NCBI GenBank assembly: GCA_020848435.1
Contig: JADLAC010000037.1
Location: forward strand, 108,355 to 172,354
Direction of reading: 5' to 3'
DNA from: Burkholderiales bacterium
Lineage (GTDB): Bacteria; Pseudomonadota; Gammaproteobacteria; Burkholderiales; WYBJ01
DNA: 64,000 bases
Shown: piece after piece, positions 63,868 to 64,000 of the stretch
Layout: each line of letters opens with the position of its first letter
Numbering within the stretch: the first letter of the stretch is position 1
Position numbers and translations under genes: made by a program
Notes under the pieces: model-generated
The model's database searches: none
The model's input: only the letters and a program-made list of their open reading frames with translations
What the model was told of the DNA's origin: nothing

Positions 63868-64000
63868 TCAGTAGAAGAAGCGCCCAACCTTGACGCCGCT
63901 GACCCAGGGCTTGTCCTGATTCTCGATCTCCATGCGGTATTCCAATTGCACCCGCAAGGATCCGTCGGGCATGGCATCGACGGCGAGCAGCTTCGAGCGG
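63868..64000 (-). CDS. C-terminal fragment of an unidentified protein (possibly an outer-membrane beta-barrel); 5' part outside the window
   Basis: My reverse translation gives ...LLAVDAMPDGSLRVQLEYRMEIENQDKPWVSGVKVGRFFY-stop (stop at 63868-63870). The alternating pattern and aromatic terminus are only suggestive. Confidence 0.3.
   Translation of the reverse strand, partial: RSKLLAVDAMPDGSLRVQLEYRMEIENQDKPWVSGVKVGRFFY

Overview
High-GC (about 65-70% by eye) chromosomal segment. It looks like a Burkholderiales-type betaproteobacterium; this is inferred from nine Bug/TctC-family periplasmic receptors, a PEP-CTERM protein, and the signal peptides and codon usage. I can support about 55 tightly packed protein-coding genes on both strands. 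I found no rRNA, tRNA, CRISPR array, transposase, integrase or recognisable transcription factor.

Most of the content is accessory metabolism and transport:
- three xanthine-dehydrogenase-family molybdenum subunits, of which only one has adjacent FAD and 2Fe-2S partners
- a sulfatase, a gamma-glutamyltransferase and an Asp/Glu-racemase-like enzyme
- a TAXI-type TRAP transporter and a MacAB-like ABC efflux set followed by NnrS
- an MscS-like / soluble MgtE-N+CBS / MgtE operon
- CoA-transferase, NIPSNAP, amidohydrolase, MmgE/PrpD, two luciferase-like oxidoreductases, an SMP-30 lactonase-like protein, a quinone oxidoreductase and a ketopantoate-reductase-like protein

Items worth a second look, most interesting first:
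1. A leaderless aspzincin (M35-like, HELSH...TDDYAY...NADSWGYF) metalloprotease, followed by its own small lipoprotein, in what looks like a lower-GC islet at 26.6-28.2 kb. This is a candidate effector/immunity or protease/inhibitor pair.
2. A ClpX paralogue that lacks the zinc-finger domain and RKH loop and has altered pore and IGF loops. It sits at the end of a TRAP transporter operon.
3. A NosR-like flavo-FeS membrane protein + ApbE + PEP-CTERM exoprotein operon with no nosZ, placed divergent to a ferritin-like di-iron protein.
4. A short dispersed intergenic repeat family (core GTGCAAGACCTGAC) at three loci. One copy sits inside a 41-bp duplication of a gene's 3' end. There is also a separate 17-18 bp tandem repeat between the nosR-like gene and apbE.

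All functional calls rest on motifs I recognise in the translations. No database search was run. Many long ORFs in the supplied track are antisense or read-through artefacts of high GC and were trimmed or discarded.
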